A stretch of DNA of 64,000 nucleotides. Origin: a virus (taxonomy: Duplodnaviria; Caudoviricetes). The stretch covers positions 1 to 64,000 of IMG/VR virus record IMGVR_UViG_2871871566_000003; one strand, given 5' to 3'. Of the stretch, positions 25,938-36,489 are shown in pieces. The notes under the pieces are model-generated. The model was not told where the DNA came from. It saw only the letters and a list, made by a program, of their open reading frames with translations, and ran no database searches. Positions within the stretch are counted from its first letter, which is position 1, and each line of letters starts with the position of its first letter. A program made the position numbers and the translations under genes.

Positions 25938-27971
25938 TTATGCTGCTCTGTTATATCCTAATGCACTCTGTGCCTGTGCTACCGCATTCTGGTCTGCACC
26001 CTGCACAATTCCGTTCTCTACCTTACCACCACCTTGCTGCATAGCCATTGCCTGTTGCTGCTGATACATCTGTTCGAGCTGAGCCTGCTGCTCCTGTACG
26101 CTGGCAAGCAACTTGTCTGCAAATGGTGCGTTGAGGTTCTGCAGATATTGGATGATGTTGATGCCGCCCATTTCAAGAAGCTTGTCAAGCGTATCGTTTT
26201 GCATCGTGTTGAAGGCTGCTGTAGCTGCTGCATTCTTGATGCTGATCTTGAAGTGTATATCTCTTGCCGAAAGGCGGTCGTAGTAATATATTGCATTGAA
26301 GTTCCGGTCGTAAACCTTTCTTCCGTCTTCGTAATATTGCTGGATAGTCATGCACTTCTTGGTTGCCAGCTTCTCCGTAAACACGTCCATGTCGGCAAGG
26401 ATGGTATACATAGACGTGGTTGCGTTCTGGCTTTCCTGTGCATATCTCGCTGCCGAAGTTCCTGCCGATGGAGTCTTACCCTGCAAAGCACCGCTCACGT
26501 TGGTAACCTCTCGAATCAGGTTCAGCTCTATCTGCAAGAGTTCATTTGTACCGATGTTCACGGCATTCGATGTGATAATTTCAGGTTTCGCATTCGGTGT
26601 CTTTACCGATGGCTTGTAGAATATCCATCCGTCATACTCTACCGCCTCCTCCATAAACTGCTCTGGTGTTCTGCCGTTAAGCACATTCGTAGGAATCATC
26701 TTGAATCCCTTGAAACTGCTTCTGATAGCCATGTCGTTCATAACAATCAGTCGGTTGATGTATCGCTGCTGGTCTATGATGTTGGCAAGGAACGGATGAA
26801 TTTCTCCGTTGATATACGGATATAGCTTCATAGTGAAAGGATGGCTCTTATAATCGTATGGAGTTTCGCCCTGGCAGAGGATAGTTCCGTCTGGCGCCAT
26901 GTAGGTATAATACCAGTACTTATCTGCAATCTCTTCGCTGGTGATATACGCCCTGTCTTCTTCCGCTATACCCATTTCGTCATACTGCTGCTTGCGCTTC
27001 ATATTGTCGTTGCGCAGCTTCTGTATCATCGCAGTATCATCCAAATCTATGCGGAAGTAAGCACCGGTTCCTGTGGTCGCAATCGGGTCAAAGCATTGCA
27101 GTCTTGGCTTGGTTTCCGTGGTCCACACCTCAATCACTCTAGAGTAATGTCTTCCCTTGTTGCTATGGTCAAAACTGAGATTCTCCAACGCCTTCTCTTC
27201 GTTAAACTCATAGCCGTAGCTGTTATCGTCCGAAGGATAAATATCAAAGATGGCGTTCAGATCTTCTTCTGTAAGCCCATATTCCTGTTTGGCAAACTTC
27301 TGATACAAGTCTTCTCGGCTCACGTCATGTAGTACACCGATAAGGCTCACGTCGTTGTGTCGTGTATCGCTGCCGCATTCAAAAAACATGTGGTCTGGTT
27401 CCATCGCGTCTGTCCATGAGTCGGGCATTTCTAGTTCCTTCGCCTCCCAACTCTCCCTGACAAACATCTGACCGCCCATAAGATAGTCCTTAATAGCGTG
27501 GTTCAGCACATCTTGCATGTACGTTGTCTGCCAGTTGCATTGCATCGTCGCACTCATCATGTCGCTCAGTTGTCGGGAGTCGCTATCTCTTGCAAAGCAG
27601 ACCGGTTCCGTTCCCTGCTTGGCATAAAGACCGGCAATAGATTCCAGTATGCTCACCATGATGTTGTTGCTCATAGGTGTCTGGTTGCGCCTCTCCATAT
27701 AGGTGCGCTCTGTCATTTCCTCCCAGTAGCCATGATGGTATACTCTGATGGTGTCGCTCCATTGGTCGCCCATACAGTAGCGCATCGTTCTCGCCCTCGT
27801 TTCTCGCACACCGCTCAGGTTATTCCAAGCATTTCTGCATCGGCTGAGTAACTCCTCGTCCTTGCCGTGTTCTTGTCTTCGCTTGCGAGCCTTAACCGAG
27901 TCATACTTGTTATGTTGAGGCATCACTTTGCTAAGTGTCAGTATTCTTGCCTTTGCCATTTTCTTATACAT
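25938..27971 (-). CDS. Portal protein (P22-like)
   Basis: RYCMGDQW, NNIM..ILESIAG, IIDQQRYINRL, GALQG, Gln-rich C-terminal barrel. Confidence 0.85.
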   Translation of the reverse strand: MYKKMAKARILTLSKVMPQHNKYDSVKARKRRQEHGKDEELLSRCRNAWNNLSGVRETRARTMRYCMGDQWSDTIRVYHHGYWEEMTERTYMERRNQTPMSNNIMVSILESIAGLYAKQGTEPVCFARDSDSRQLSDMMSATMQCNWQTTYMQDVLNHAIKDYLMGGQMFVRESWEAKELEMPDSWTDAMEPDHMFFECGSDTRHNDVSLIGVLHDVSREDLYQKFAKQEYGLTEEDLNAIFDIYPSDDNSYGYEFNEEKALENLSFDHSNKGRHYSRVIEVWTTETKPRLQCFDPIATTGTGAYFRIDLDDTAMIQKLRNDNMKRKQQYDEMGIAEEDRAYITSEEIADKYWYYTYMAPDGTILCQGETPYDYKSHPFTMKLYPYINGEIHPFLANIIDQQRYINRLIVMNDMAIRSSFKGFKMIPTNVLNGRTPEQFMEEAVEYDGWIFYKPSVKTPNAKPEIITSNAVNIGTNELLQIELNLIREVTNVSGALQGKTPSAGTSAARYAQESQNATTSMYTILADMDVFTEKLATKKCMTIQQYYEDGRKVYDRNFNAIYYYDRLSARDIHFKISIKNAAATAAFNTMQNDTLDKLLEMGGINIIQYLQNLNAPFADKLLASVQEQQAQLEQMYQQQQAMAMQQGGGKVENGIVQGADQNAVAQAQSALGYNRAA

Positions 27972-27986
27972 TATTAATTATAGGCG

Positions 27987-28028
27987 CAAAAATAGGCAAA
28001 AACATGGCTTTCTTTGCCGTGTTCCAAC
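27987..28028 (-). promoter_or_regulatory. Late promoter for portal/terminase operon
   Basis: GTTGGAACACGGCAAA (28028-28013), 18 nt, TATTTTTG (27994-27987). Confidence 0.75.
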
Positions 28029-28045
28029 CAACCACCAAGCGCAAG

Positions 28046-28087
28046 GTTGGAGCACGGCAAAACTTCTTCGAATTATTTGCATTTTTG
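28046..28087 (+). promoter_or_regulatory. Late promoter for scaffold/capsid operon
   Basis: GTTGGAGCACGGCAAA (28046-28061, 1 mismatch), 18 nt, CATTTTTG. Confidence 0.65.
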
Positions 28088-28117
28088 CCGAAAAGTTTCA
28101 AACAGTATTATAGAGAT

Positions 28118-28909
28118 ATGACAAAAGAAGAATTAGCACAGATGAATGAGGAAGGTGGCGCACAACAGGCTCCACCTGCTGAGGCTGCTACAGATGAAAC
28201 GTCTGTAGATGAGCGCCCTAATCGTACAGCTTTCTCCAAGCGTTTCTCCAATCGTCACTCCGACATCGACTTCGAAGACAAGGAAGCTCGTTATGCGGCA
28301 ATGAATGATGATGCTGATCTGCTCGGACAGTACGAACAGAGCGGTAAGGCATTGTCTAAAGTATTCGATAAGCACAAGTGGCTCGCTGCTCTGGCGATGG
28401 ATATGGATAAAAATCCGGACGACAATCCGTTTGATGCGATGGCTCGTTTGGGTATTGACGTGAAGACGTTGCTTGATGATCCTGAAGGCGGCAAGAAACT
28501 CGCTGAGATTCTCGCCAAGCATAACAAGGACGTGGCTGAACAGAACGAGGCTGCCGAGAAGGTTACTGCCAACATGCGCAAGTCGCTTGAACGTCTGATG
28601 AAGCTCTATCCCGATGATGCGCAGGATATGTGGTCCCAGATTTACGAGATTCACGACAAGGTAGAGAGTGGCGATATTTCAGATGATATTTGGAAGATGC
28701 TCCACAACGCCAACAACTACGATTCCGACATCACTTCGGCGCGCGACGAGGCGGCTATGCAAGCCCGAAACGAGAAGATTCAGAATAAGGTGCGCTCTTC
28801 CGCAAACGAGGGTATTCCTCCTTCACTTTCTAGTTCGGGTGCAGGAAACGCACCAGCTAAGAAGAAAACTAAGAAGAGAGCATCCAGTTTCTTTGATGAT
28901 ATAGGTTAA
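28118..28909 (+). CDS. Capsid scaffolding protein (putative)
   Basis: Acidic helical protein directly before the capsid gene; start at MTKEELAQ (28118). Confidence 0.6.
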   Translation: MTKEELAQMNEEGGAQQAPPAEAATDETSVDERPNRTAFSKRFSNRHSDIDFEDKEARYAAMNDDADLLGQYEQSGKALSKVFDKHKWLAALAMDMDKNPDDNPFDAMARLGIDVKTLLDDPEGGKKLAEILAKHNKDVAEQNEAAEKVTANMRKSLERLMKLYPDDAQDMWSQIYEIHDKVESGDISDDIWKMLHNANNYDSDITSARDEAAMQARNEKIQNKVRSSANEGIPPSLSSSGAGNAPAKKKTKKRASSFFDDIG

Positions 28910-28934
28910 CACAAGATTATTAATCCATAAATAT

Positions 28935-30629
28935 ATGTATAAAATGAAGAAAATTTCAAATTATTTTTCTAATCGTCAGTTCATCTTTAAGATGATTCTG
29001 ATGCTTCTTGCAGTTGCTACAGGCGGTGGCGCAATGGCTGTTGGTGATGATGTTGAACCTGATTTGAACGAGCCGGGTTCTAAGCCAGCAACAACCGAAG
29101 AGACAGCTGCCAATGAGCAGGTAGATAAGGATAAGAACGACATGCTTGCCCCTGGTGGTAAAGCTGCTGGTCAGTCTTTGACTGGTACGCAGGCTTCTGC
29201 TACACAGATGGACCGAGGCGGTCTTGAAGAGGAAGACTGGGACACGGGTGAGACCAAGTTCCGCCCATATCATACACCTCTCCTTTCTATCGTCAAGAAG
29301 TTTACCACAACTGTTCCTTGTACTGGCTACAAGAAGAAACACGCACGCTATGGTGGTGAGACCTTGGACGGTGAGGTTACACAGCCTATTGCTACTGGTG
29401 CTTCCATCAAGCTTACCAAGACAAACTTCTCAGGCTCTTTGAAGCCATTCTACGAGGGTTCTACTGCTATCGTTCCTACCGTAGCTGGTTACAAGCGTGG
29501 CTCTACTACAGTTCGTGAAGGTCGTTTGGTTCTCTTTGTTACCAGCGCCAATAAGTCAGGTACTGAGGTTACCTTGCAGGCTATCAATGGTAAGGCTAAT
29601 GAGGAGGGTGCCGATTGCGAGTTCTTGGAAAACATGACTTGCCCGAACATTCCTGTTGGTACAGTTATTTTGGCAGCTTCTACAGCTCTCTCTGAGTCTC
29701 AGATGAAGGTTCCTGCTGAGAACTACCAGCCACGTTCTGCTGATGTTTATCTCCAGAAGCGAGCATTCTCTATCGTCTTCACCGAGGACTTCGAGACCAT
29801 GAAGAAGAAAATTCCTCATACAGTGAAGGATATGAAGGAAGATGCACTCAACAAGTACAAGATGCGTGCTGAGCGTTCTTATTGGATGGGTACCAAGGCT
29901 CGCATTCACTCTACTACCAATGACGGTGCTGATGAGTACACCTACTTCGCAGAGGGTATCTTGAATCAGCTGACTAACCAGTATGGTATCGGTGAGGTTT
30001 ACAAGTACGAGGATTTGACTGCTATCAGTATGTTGATGTTCACAGACTTCTCTGAGTCTGACCACATCTATATGTTCTGTGGCAAGAACGCAATCAAGCG
30101 CCTGATGAACATTGAGATTCCAAAGGGTCGCACAGAGGTTCTTTCTACTCACAAGGAAATCGACATTACTTTCTCTCGCTACGTTGACAACTATGGTACT
30201 ATTGATTTCGTTTGGGATCAGACTCTTGACATGATGCACATGGAAGACTGCATGGTTGGTATGGACTTGAAGGGTGCTCGTCACTACGTGAAGGAGAAGG
30301 GTAAGGATAAGACCAATGACATGAGCAAGGATGGCTACGATCCACGTGAGGCTAAGCGATACATGCACATTGAGGCAGATTGTATTGCTCTTCGTGGCTA
30401 CAACTCTATCTTGGTTGGTCCAGAGGCATTCATCACTAACCTTGGTGTTACTGGCATCGTGAACAGCATCATATCTCTGAAGACTCTCCCTGATACTGCT
30501 GCTAAGGGCATGAAGGTGGCTTTAACAGAGGATTACACCAAGGATGAGACAACCTACGAGAAGGGTAAGGTTTATGAGTACGATGGTACTAAGTGGAACT
30601 TGTATGCCGGCATGGACGTTGCTGCATAA
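28935..30629 (+). CDS. Major capsid protein (N4 gp56-like) with N-terminal leader and short C-terminal extra domain
   Basis: 564 aa after scaffold; RPYHTPL, YLQKRAFSI, ERSYWMG, EGILNQ; followed by a terminator. Confidence 0.7.
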   Translation: MYKMKKISNYFSNRQFIFKMILMLLAVATGGGAMAVGDDVEPDLNEPGSKPATTEETAANEQVDKDKNDMLAPGGKAAGQSLTGTQASATQMDRGGLEEEDWDTGETKFRPYHTPLLSIVKKFTTTVPCTGYKKKHARYGGETLDGEVTQPIATGASIKLTKTNFSGSLKPFYEGSTAIVPTVAGYKRGSTTVREGRLVLFVTSANKSGTEVTLQAINGKANEEGADCEFLENMTCPNIPVGTVILAASTALSESQMKVPAENYQPRSADVYLQKRAFSIVFTEDFETMKKKIPHTVKDMKEDALNKYKMRAERSYWMGTKARIHSTTNDGADEYTYFAEGILNQLTNQYGIGEVYKYEDLTAISMLMFTDFSESDHIYMFCGKNAIKRLMNIEIPKGRTEVLSTHKEIDITFSRYVDNYGTIDFVWDQTLDMMHMEDCMVGMDLKGARHYVKEKGKDKTNDMSKDGYDPREAKRYMHIEADCIALRGYNSILVGPEAFITNLGVTGIVNSIISLKTLPDTAAKGMKVALTEDYTKDETTYEKGKVYEYDGTKWNLYAGMDVAA

Positions 30630-30665
30630 GGCATCTTTTTCATCTTTAATATATAAAATCACGCA

Positions 30666-30697
30666 GAGGGGCAGGAGTTAATAGCCCTGTCCCTTTG
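30666..30697 (+). terminator. Terminator/attenuator after capsid gene
   Basis: GGGGCAGG ... CCTGTCCC followed by TTTGTT. Confidence 0.6.
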
Positions 30698-30715
30698 TTA
30701 TTAAAATACAAAATA

Positions 30716-31150
30716 ATGATTAAGACATATAGATATAACGAGCTGTGTAATAATGTAAGCCTTACGATTTCCGGTGCTGGCGGTAATTCTATGCGCTACA
30801 ACTTTACTCATGGCAACACTTACATGCGCAAATGCCCAGAGCTTACTCTTCGCAACAAATATGCGCAAGACCTTTTGGATAACCATGAATTGGTAAGGAG
30901 CGGAAAGGTTACTTGTATTCGTACAACTCTTGAAGAGTCGGATATTGTGCAGGAAGAGGAGCCTGTAAATGAGCCGGCAAAGAATACTACAAAAAAGTCA
31001 CAGAAAGAGGAGGTAACAGGTATCCGTACATCAGAAGAAATTATTAATTACATAAACAACCGTTTTGGCAAGGATTGCAGAACTCTTGAAACTGCTATGA
31101 AACATGCAGACAAGGCTGGTATTATTTTCCCTGATTACGGCAAGGAGTAA
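30716..31150 (+). CDS. Hypothetical virion-associated protein
   Basis: Start at MIKTYRY (30716); conserved position after capsid gene. Confidence 0.6.
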   Translation: MIKTYRYNELCNNVSLTISGAGGNSMRYNFTHGNTYMRKCPELTLRNKYAQDLLDNHELVRSGKVTCIRTTLEESDIVQEEEPVNEPAKNTTKKSQKEEVTGIRTSEEIINYINNRFGKDCRTLETAMKHADKAGIIFPDYGKE

Positions 31151-31169
31151 TATATATAATAAGGTGTAA

Positions 31170-31829
31170 ATGAGTATAGAGGAAATCATAAAGGCAGTAC
31201 GTTGGTGCATAGACGAGGAATCCAACAACACATCGGAAATCACCGATGAGAAGGATGATTTGTATATGGACAACATCATCAAGTCGAAGATAAACGATGC
31301 GCTGCATTGGATAGCCATTACTGCTGCATCTTCGCCTGTTCTGTCCGATTCCAAGAGTATAGGCTCGACTTCCGACACAATTCAGGTGTCCGATTTTGAT
31401 TCTAATCACAACATCGGTGTTATCACCATGCCTTCCAATATGGAGATTATTACCATCAACCGCATTCGTGGCGCTTCTTGGTATAAGGCAGTCACCCCAG
31501 TAGAGGACACCGATGATGAAGCTCTTATGATGTACGACGATACCGCCAAGGGTACCATTGATCGCCCACAGGCTGCCATCATGCGAGAGAATCCAATCAA
31601 GATCCTCATGCAGCCCAAGACTTCAACGGCGGTCATTACCTATGTGGGCGTATCTAAGTCTGTGAGCACAGACGCTTCCACAACAGATGTTTCCATTCCG
31701 GACAAACTAAAGAATGCTTTCATCTATTATATCGCCTTTCTGCTCCTCTCAGCCTACGATGATACCAAGGCTAGCCAGATGTACACCATCGCCCTGCAAC
31801 AGCTAGGCGTAAATCAAACCTCAAAATAA
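31170..31829 (+). CDS. Head-tail adaptor-like protein
   Basis: GTIDRP motif, IPDKLKNAFIYYIAFLLL helix. Confidence 0.55.
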   Translation: MSIEEIIKAVRWCIDEESNNTSEITDEKDDLYMDNIIKSKINDALHWIAITAASSPVLSDSKSIGSTSDTIQVSDFDSNHNIGVITMPSNMEIITINRIRGASWYKAVTPVEDTDDEALMMYDDTAKGTIDRPQAAIMRENPIKILMQPKTSTAVITYVGVSKSVSTDASTTDVSIPDKLKNAFIYYIAFLLLSAYDDTKASQMYTIALQQLGVNQTSK

Positions 31830-31836
31830 AGACGAT

Positions 31837-32115
31837 ATGGAGAATGTAACAGCCACATACGATGCCAATGAACTTGCGTGGGTAACTCCAATCCTTACTC
31901 TTCGCCGTGATATTTTTCTAAGAATCACGCTAAGGGAAAAAGGAAAGGTGGTTATCCGTCAGTCAGATGATAAGGGGAATTTCCCTCGCGTCCCGATACG
32001 TCGCCACAAGGACACCCGGTCCTTCGAGTTCCGTATCTCGGTTATTCCCGATACCGTCCAAATTCAAATATTCACTTCTACAGAACCAAAAGAAATAAAA
32101 TATGCCTACATTTAG
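31837..32115 (+). CDS. Small beta-rich hypothetical protein
   Basis: 92 aa, overlaps the next gene start. Confidence 0.6.
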   Translation: MENVTATYDANELAWVTPILTLRRDIFLRITLREKGKVVIRQSDDKGNFPRVPIRRHKDTRSFEFRISVIPDTVQIQIFTSTEPKEIKYAYI

Positions 32116-35100
32116 ACAAGATGAAAAGCTTGGAACGAAGGTGCCGCTGATTAAGACAGCCGACTTCAACGACAAGTCTGTCACAACAGAGAAACTTGCC
32201 GAAGGTTCTGTTACTAATTCAAAGTTAGCACCAGAATCCGTTACACAGGATAAGTTCGACAAGGAACTGCTTCAAATCTTCAAGGCGGCAGCAGGTCTTC
32301 CTGAAAATCTCATCGAGACGATACAGAATGTAGATAGCACGCTTGTAGATCATCAGCGGCAAATCTCTTCTAATGATGAAGATATTTCCGACCTGCAAAC
32401 CAAGACCAAGCAAATCAAGGACACCGTAGATGGCATAGCTGTCAGTGGTGGCGCATCTGTAGGTTCGGCAGTAACCTACGACAATACTCAGAGCGGCCTT
32501 GATGCTCTAAACATTCAGAATGCCATTGATGAACTTGTTAATAATCTCGGTCACTACGAAACCAACGAGGAGTGGTTGCGTGCCTACACAGATGCAGAAA
32601 ACAAGTTCCTTTGGGGTATCCGTATAGATGGCAGCATCGACTGGGCAGTCGGCATTCCTCGTCCTATCCAGAAGAAAATAGAGGAACTGATCGCTACCGA
32701 TACCGCCATCCAGGAATCTATCACCCAGCTTCGCACAGAGTTGACAGAATCTCTAAATAAAAAAATTCAGTCACTCAAAGACAACGAAATCAAGAATCTT
32801 CAAGATACAAAGGTAGATAAAGAAGAAGGCAAGTCTCTCATTGAAGATGAAGTAAAGGAGTGCTTTAGAATAATTGAGAACGAAGAGTTCCTCAAAGCTA
32901 TTGTAGATTCAGATGATAAGGTTCTGTTTGGTTTCTACAGAGCAACTGGCAAGCCATACTATCCTCAAAATGATATGTATCACATATCTCAAAGCGAGGA
33001 GTTCCTTTGGGTTATTCTTGATGCTGCAAATCATCCTCTTCTTGGTATTCAGCAAGATGGTACTTGTTGGGCAGCCAAGGCTCAGTGGCTTGATGATATT
33101 AAGGCTATCAAGGAAGCTCTTAAAACTTTCCAGCCAAAGGAAGATGGTAAGGGGTTGATAAACCTTGATGTAGCTGACAGCTTCTTCTATATTTCTAATG
33201 ATGAGTATATCATTGCAGTAGTAGATGCTGAAAACAGAATCCTTGCAGGAATCAAATATGATGGAAATCCATATTTCCCTAACCATGAAATGTACTCTGT
33301 AATAACCAACGAGGAATGGCTTTATGCTATCATAGATGCAGGTAATAAGGTTCTTGGTGGTTTCCGTGCTGATGATGGTCACATGGTTGTTGGTGGTATT
33401 GATATTAGTACCTTTATAGCCAATGCCATTATTGATATAGCAGACATTAAAGAGCGTACAGCCCATCTTTCTACAATAGTCAATGATGAATATCTTTCTG
33501 TTGAGACTGATGCCGAGGGTAAGGTGATTGGATATATTGCTCCTGATGGTAGCCATTATCTCTATAAGGTAAAGTCTGAGACTATTCCTACAGAGTTTGA
33601 GCATATTGAAGACCATGATGGTAGAACGGAAATCACAACTGATGCAGAAGATAAGATTCTCGGATATAGAGATTCTGAAGGTACACGTCATGAGCACAAG
33701 ATTTCAACTAAGCACCTTGAATTATCTAACGAAGCAGCAAAAGAGGTTAATGAGGCATTCAAGTCTGCCGGCATCAAGATGGATAATCCGTCGGATTTCA
33801 GCAAGGATAGCCATATAGAATTGCCTATCCCTCGTATTGCAGCACAAGTAAGAATCTATGCTCCAAAGTTGCCTACAACCAAGACTGATGATATTGAAGC
33901 AGAGATAGAGTACAATGACAAGGATGGAAACTATTTCCGTAAGCCTGTTATTTTGAATACACAAGGACAGTCCTCGATGTACTTTTATGTCAAAAACATG
34001 GCTATAGACATTAATGATGGTAGTGATATTAAGTTTGGAGACTTCCCTGAACAGGACAGCTTCCACCTTAAAAAGTACTATGTTGATAACTTCCGTGGTC
34101 AGTGTATTGTAGGATATTGGCTGATGGAGCAGGTATACAAGTCTCACCCAATAGGTCAACAGTACCCTTATGAAAGCATTTTGGCAAACAATAGCACTAC
34201 AAATGGAATTGGTAAATCTAACAAGGACTTCTTTACTGGCGCAAAGTGTCATCCTGATGGTTTCCCGATTATTATTACTTGGATAAATCAAAGTAACGGA
34301 GAGGAAACTTTGATGGGTGTATATGCTTGGAACTTAAAGAAATCCAAGGAAGTGTATTATGCTGACAAGAAGAAGACAGAGAATATCATCTTGGACGGAA
34401 TTATTGGTAATACGGAAATTTGGGGTGGAAAGATAAATTGGACGCAGTTTGAAATACGAAACCCTAAATCCTTAAAGGATATAAATGAGAATAAATATGA
34501 TGGGGACAATCCTAAAGAATTGTCAGATACAGACACTTTTAGTAAATCAGTAAAGGCTTATATTACTCACTTGTCTGAAGCTCTGACTAACTTAAAGTCC
34601 AATCAAACAAAGGAAGAATTTGAGAAATACTTCCTTGTCAACCCATTCATCGACTACTTCCTAGTCAGTCAAGTGCTATATAACTGGGATGGATTCAACA
34701 AAAACTGGATATGGTGTACTTGGGATGGTTTACACTGGACTCCAACGCTATACGACGTAGACCTTATATTTGGTTTACATGCAAATGGTATAAGTGTAAA
34801 GGAAAATAGTGACACATCAGAGATACTTGGCATCTCTATGGATTTGCCATCAGGATATTTAAACACCCTGTATTCTACAGAGATTGCACAAAGATACAAG
34901 GAACTCCGAGATGCAAACATATTCAATGTTATCAATATAACTGATTTGCTGTCTAACTGGTTGAAACGTATAGGATATAAAAATATCAAGGAGGAATTTA
35001 ATCTATATGACCAAACTCCTTCTTATAGGGCATCAAACACATCGGATAAATGGAAATACCTATATTGGTCTTGGTCTCCAAATTACCCAACGTCTTTTAG

Positions 35101-35308
35101 TGACACAAAAACATATAGTAAAGGAGAATTGGTTTATTACTATGGAGGTGTTTATGAAGCCTTGGAGGAAACTACAGGAGTTCCGCCAACAACGAAGTTA
35201 TATACTAAATATCCAGAAGTTGGAGGCTGCTATAATTCTCTACAACGTGTAGCAAATTGGATAGAAAATAGAATTGATTTCTTAGATAAGACATATAATT
35301 ACAAATAA
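32102..35308 (+). CDS. Tail fibre-like protein with seven ~28-aa repeats and a CotH-kinase-like C-terminal domain
   Basis: VTTEKLAEGSVT start repeats; (N/D)EE(W/F)L...D.E.K.L.G...DG repeats; QGQSS..KN, DGFP, MGVY, NWDGFNKNW, PTLYDVD (CotH pattern). Confidence 0.7.
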   Translation: MPTFRQDEKLGTKVPLIKTADFNDKSVTTEKLAEGSVTNSKLAPESVTQDKFDKELLQIFKAAAGLPENLIETIQNVDSTLVDHQRQISSNDEDISDLQTKTKQIKDTVDGIAVSGGASVGSAVTYDNTQSGLDALNIQNAIDELVNNLGHYETNEEWLRAYTDAENKFLWGIRIDGSIDWAVGIPRPIQKKIEELIATDTAIQESITQLRTELTESLNKKIQSLKDNEIKNLQDTKVDKEEGKSLIEDEVKECFRIIENEEFLKAIVDSDDKVLFGFYRATGKPYYPQNDMYHISQSEEFLWVILDAANHPLLGIQQDGTCWAAKAQWLDDIKAIKEALKTFQPKEDGKGLINLDVADSFFYISNDEYIIAVVDAENRILAGIKYDGNPYFPNHEMYSVITNEEWLYAIIDAGNKVLGGFRADDGHMVVGGIDISTFIANAIIDIADIKERTAHLSTIVNDEYLSVETDAEGKVIGYIAPDGSHYLYKVKSETIPTEFEHIEDHDGRTEITTDAEDKILGYRDSEGTRHEHKISTKHLELSNEAAKEVNEAFKSAGIKMDNPSDFSKDSHIELPIPRIAAQVRIYAPKLPTTKTDDIEAEIEYNDKDGNYFRKPVILNTQGQSSMYFYVKNMAIDINDGSDIKFGDFPEQDSFHLKKYYVDNFRGQCIVGYWLMEQVYKSHPIGQQYPYESILANNSTTNGIGKSNKDFFTGAKCHPDGFPIIITWINQSNGEETLMGVYAWNLKKSKEVYYADKKKTENIILDGIIGNTEIWGGKINWTQFEIRNPKSLKDINENKYDGDNPKELSDTDTFSKSVKAYITHLSEALTNLKSNQTKEEFEKYFLVNPFIDYFLVSQVLYNWDGFNKNWIWCTWDGLHWTPTLYDVDLIFGLHANGISVKENSDTSEILGISMDLPSGYLNTLYSTEIAQRYKELRDANIFNVINITDLLSNWLKRIGYKNIKEEFNLYDQTPSYRASNTSDKWKYLYWSWSPNYPTSFSDTKTYSKGELVYYYGGVYEALEETTGVPPTTKLYTKYPEVGGCYNSLQRVANWIENRIDFLDKTYNYK

Positions 35309-35326
35309 TAATTAAAATATATAATT

Positions 35327-36238
35327 ATGGGAAAATGTTTAATAACAAAATTGAATGGGGTAGTTGATAACGAACTCCTTCCAAAGCTTTACGAAATTAG
35401 AATTGAAATCACCAGTGTTAGCAATCCATCTAATCTGACACAAGGTCTTTCTTTTAATTTTGCTTCTCCAGTAGATTTAAAGATAATTGGTGATGGTTAC
35501 TTTACTGATGAGACTTTAACCGAAAATTTGGGCAAGGTTAAAAGTAACGTATCGAATAATATAGACATATTCGTTTCAAATGGTGATTATTTGTTGTCTA
35601 TAAGCAACAAGACTCAAATTACAACACTTCAAGCATCTAATAAAAATATTCATGGGTCCATAGAAAGTAATAAAAAATTTGATATTAATAATCTTAAATA
35701 TTCAAAACAGCTTTTCCATGTCAGTGGAGAAAATGTTATTGGTGATATAAGTGCATTTAAAGGTAAGTCCAACTTAAATTACATTTCCTTAAACAACACA
35801 AGGGTTACTGGTGATATAAGCGCCTTATCTAATCTTACGAAATTGAAGTCTGCATTTTTCAATAATACAGGTATCACAGGAGATATAAGTGCCTTAGCTA
35901 ATCTTACGGCATTAAAGATAATTACTGCAGGAAATACTGGTCTGTATGGAAATTTAGGTTCTTTGCCAGATAACATGTTAAGTTTCACCCCTAATCCAAT
36001 TTGTACAGGAAAATTCTACTGGACTAATAGTACCAGAAAGTACATTTTGGCTTGTAGTGTCAAGACAGATGATGCAGATGGGATTCTTGTGGCAATGTCA
36101 AAATTGGAAGCTAAGTTTGGAGGAGAAGAATCATGGTGGAAAACAATTACCTTATATGGTAATAGAACTGCTGCATCAGATGCAGCAGTTCAGACATTGC
36201 AGAGCAAGGGTTACACAGTCTCAATTACTCCTGCATAA
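35327..36238 (+). CDS. Leucine-rich-repeat protein (probable receptor-binding/fibre tip)
   Basis: GDISA(F/L)..L..L repeats x3-4 (VIGDISAF, VTGDISALSNLTKL, ITGDISALANLTAL); AT-rich. Confidence 0.7.
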   Translation: MGKCLITKLNGVVDNELLPKLYEIRIEITSVSNPSNLTQGLSFNFASPVDLKIIGDGYFTDETLTENLGKVKSNVSNNIDIFVSNGDYLLSISNKTQITTLQASNKNIHGSIESNKKFDINNLKYSKQLFHVSGENVIGDISAFKGKSNLNYISLNNTRVTGDISALSNLTKLKSAFFNNTGITGDISALANLTALKIITAGNTGLYGNLGSLPDNMLSFTPNPICTGKFYWTNSTRKYILACSVKTDDADGILVAMSKLEAKFGGEESWWKTITLYGNRTAASDAAVQTLQSKGYTVSITPA

Positions 36239-36279
36239 GGTATCATAAGTTTAATATTAATAAAGAAAGGAAACAAGAT

Positions 36280-36477
36280 ATGAATAAGTTAACAAAGAAG
36301 TACAAGGTAGTACATGAGGGAACCAAGATGGTGTTCCCTCTGACAGAGAAAGGTGACAATGCTGAGGTGTTCCCAGCAGTTAATGTCACCGCAGTAGAGT
36401 TTGACACATACCCAGAAGCCAAGGCTTACGTAGATGAGCATAACTTGGTGTATGAGGAACCTAAGTATGGGGAGTAA
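36280..36477 (+). CDS. Small hypothetical protein (fibre-associated)
   Basis: 65 aa, last gene before the terminator. Confidence 0.6.
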   Translation: MNKLTKKYKVVHEGTKMVFPLTEKGDNAEVFPAVNVTAVEFDTYPEAKAYVDEHNLVYEEPKYGE

Positions 36478-36489
36478 ACCATATAGATA

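Noticed and set aside
18659-30368. Many antisense ORFs over structural genes (e.g. 22009-22758, 26034-26825, 29556-30368)
   Set aside because: Shadow ORFs from codon bias of the real strand; Leu/Val/His/Ile-rich with no start context
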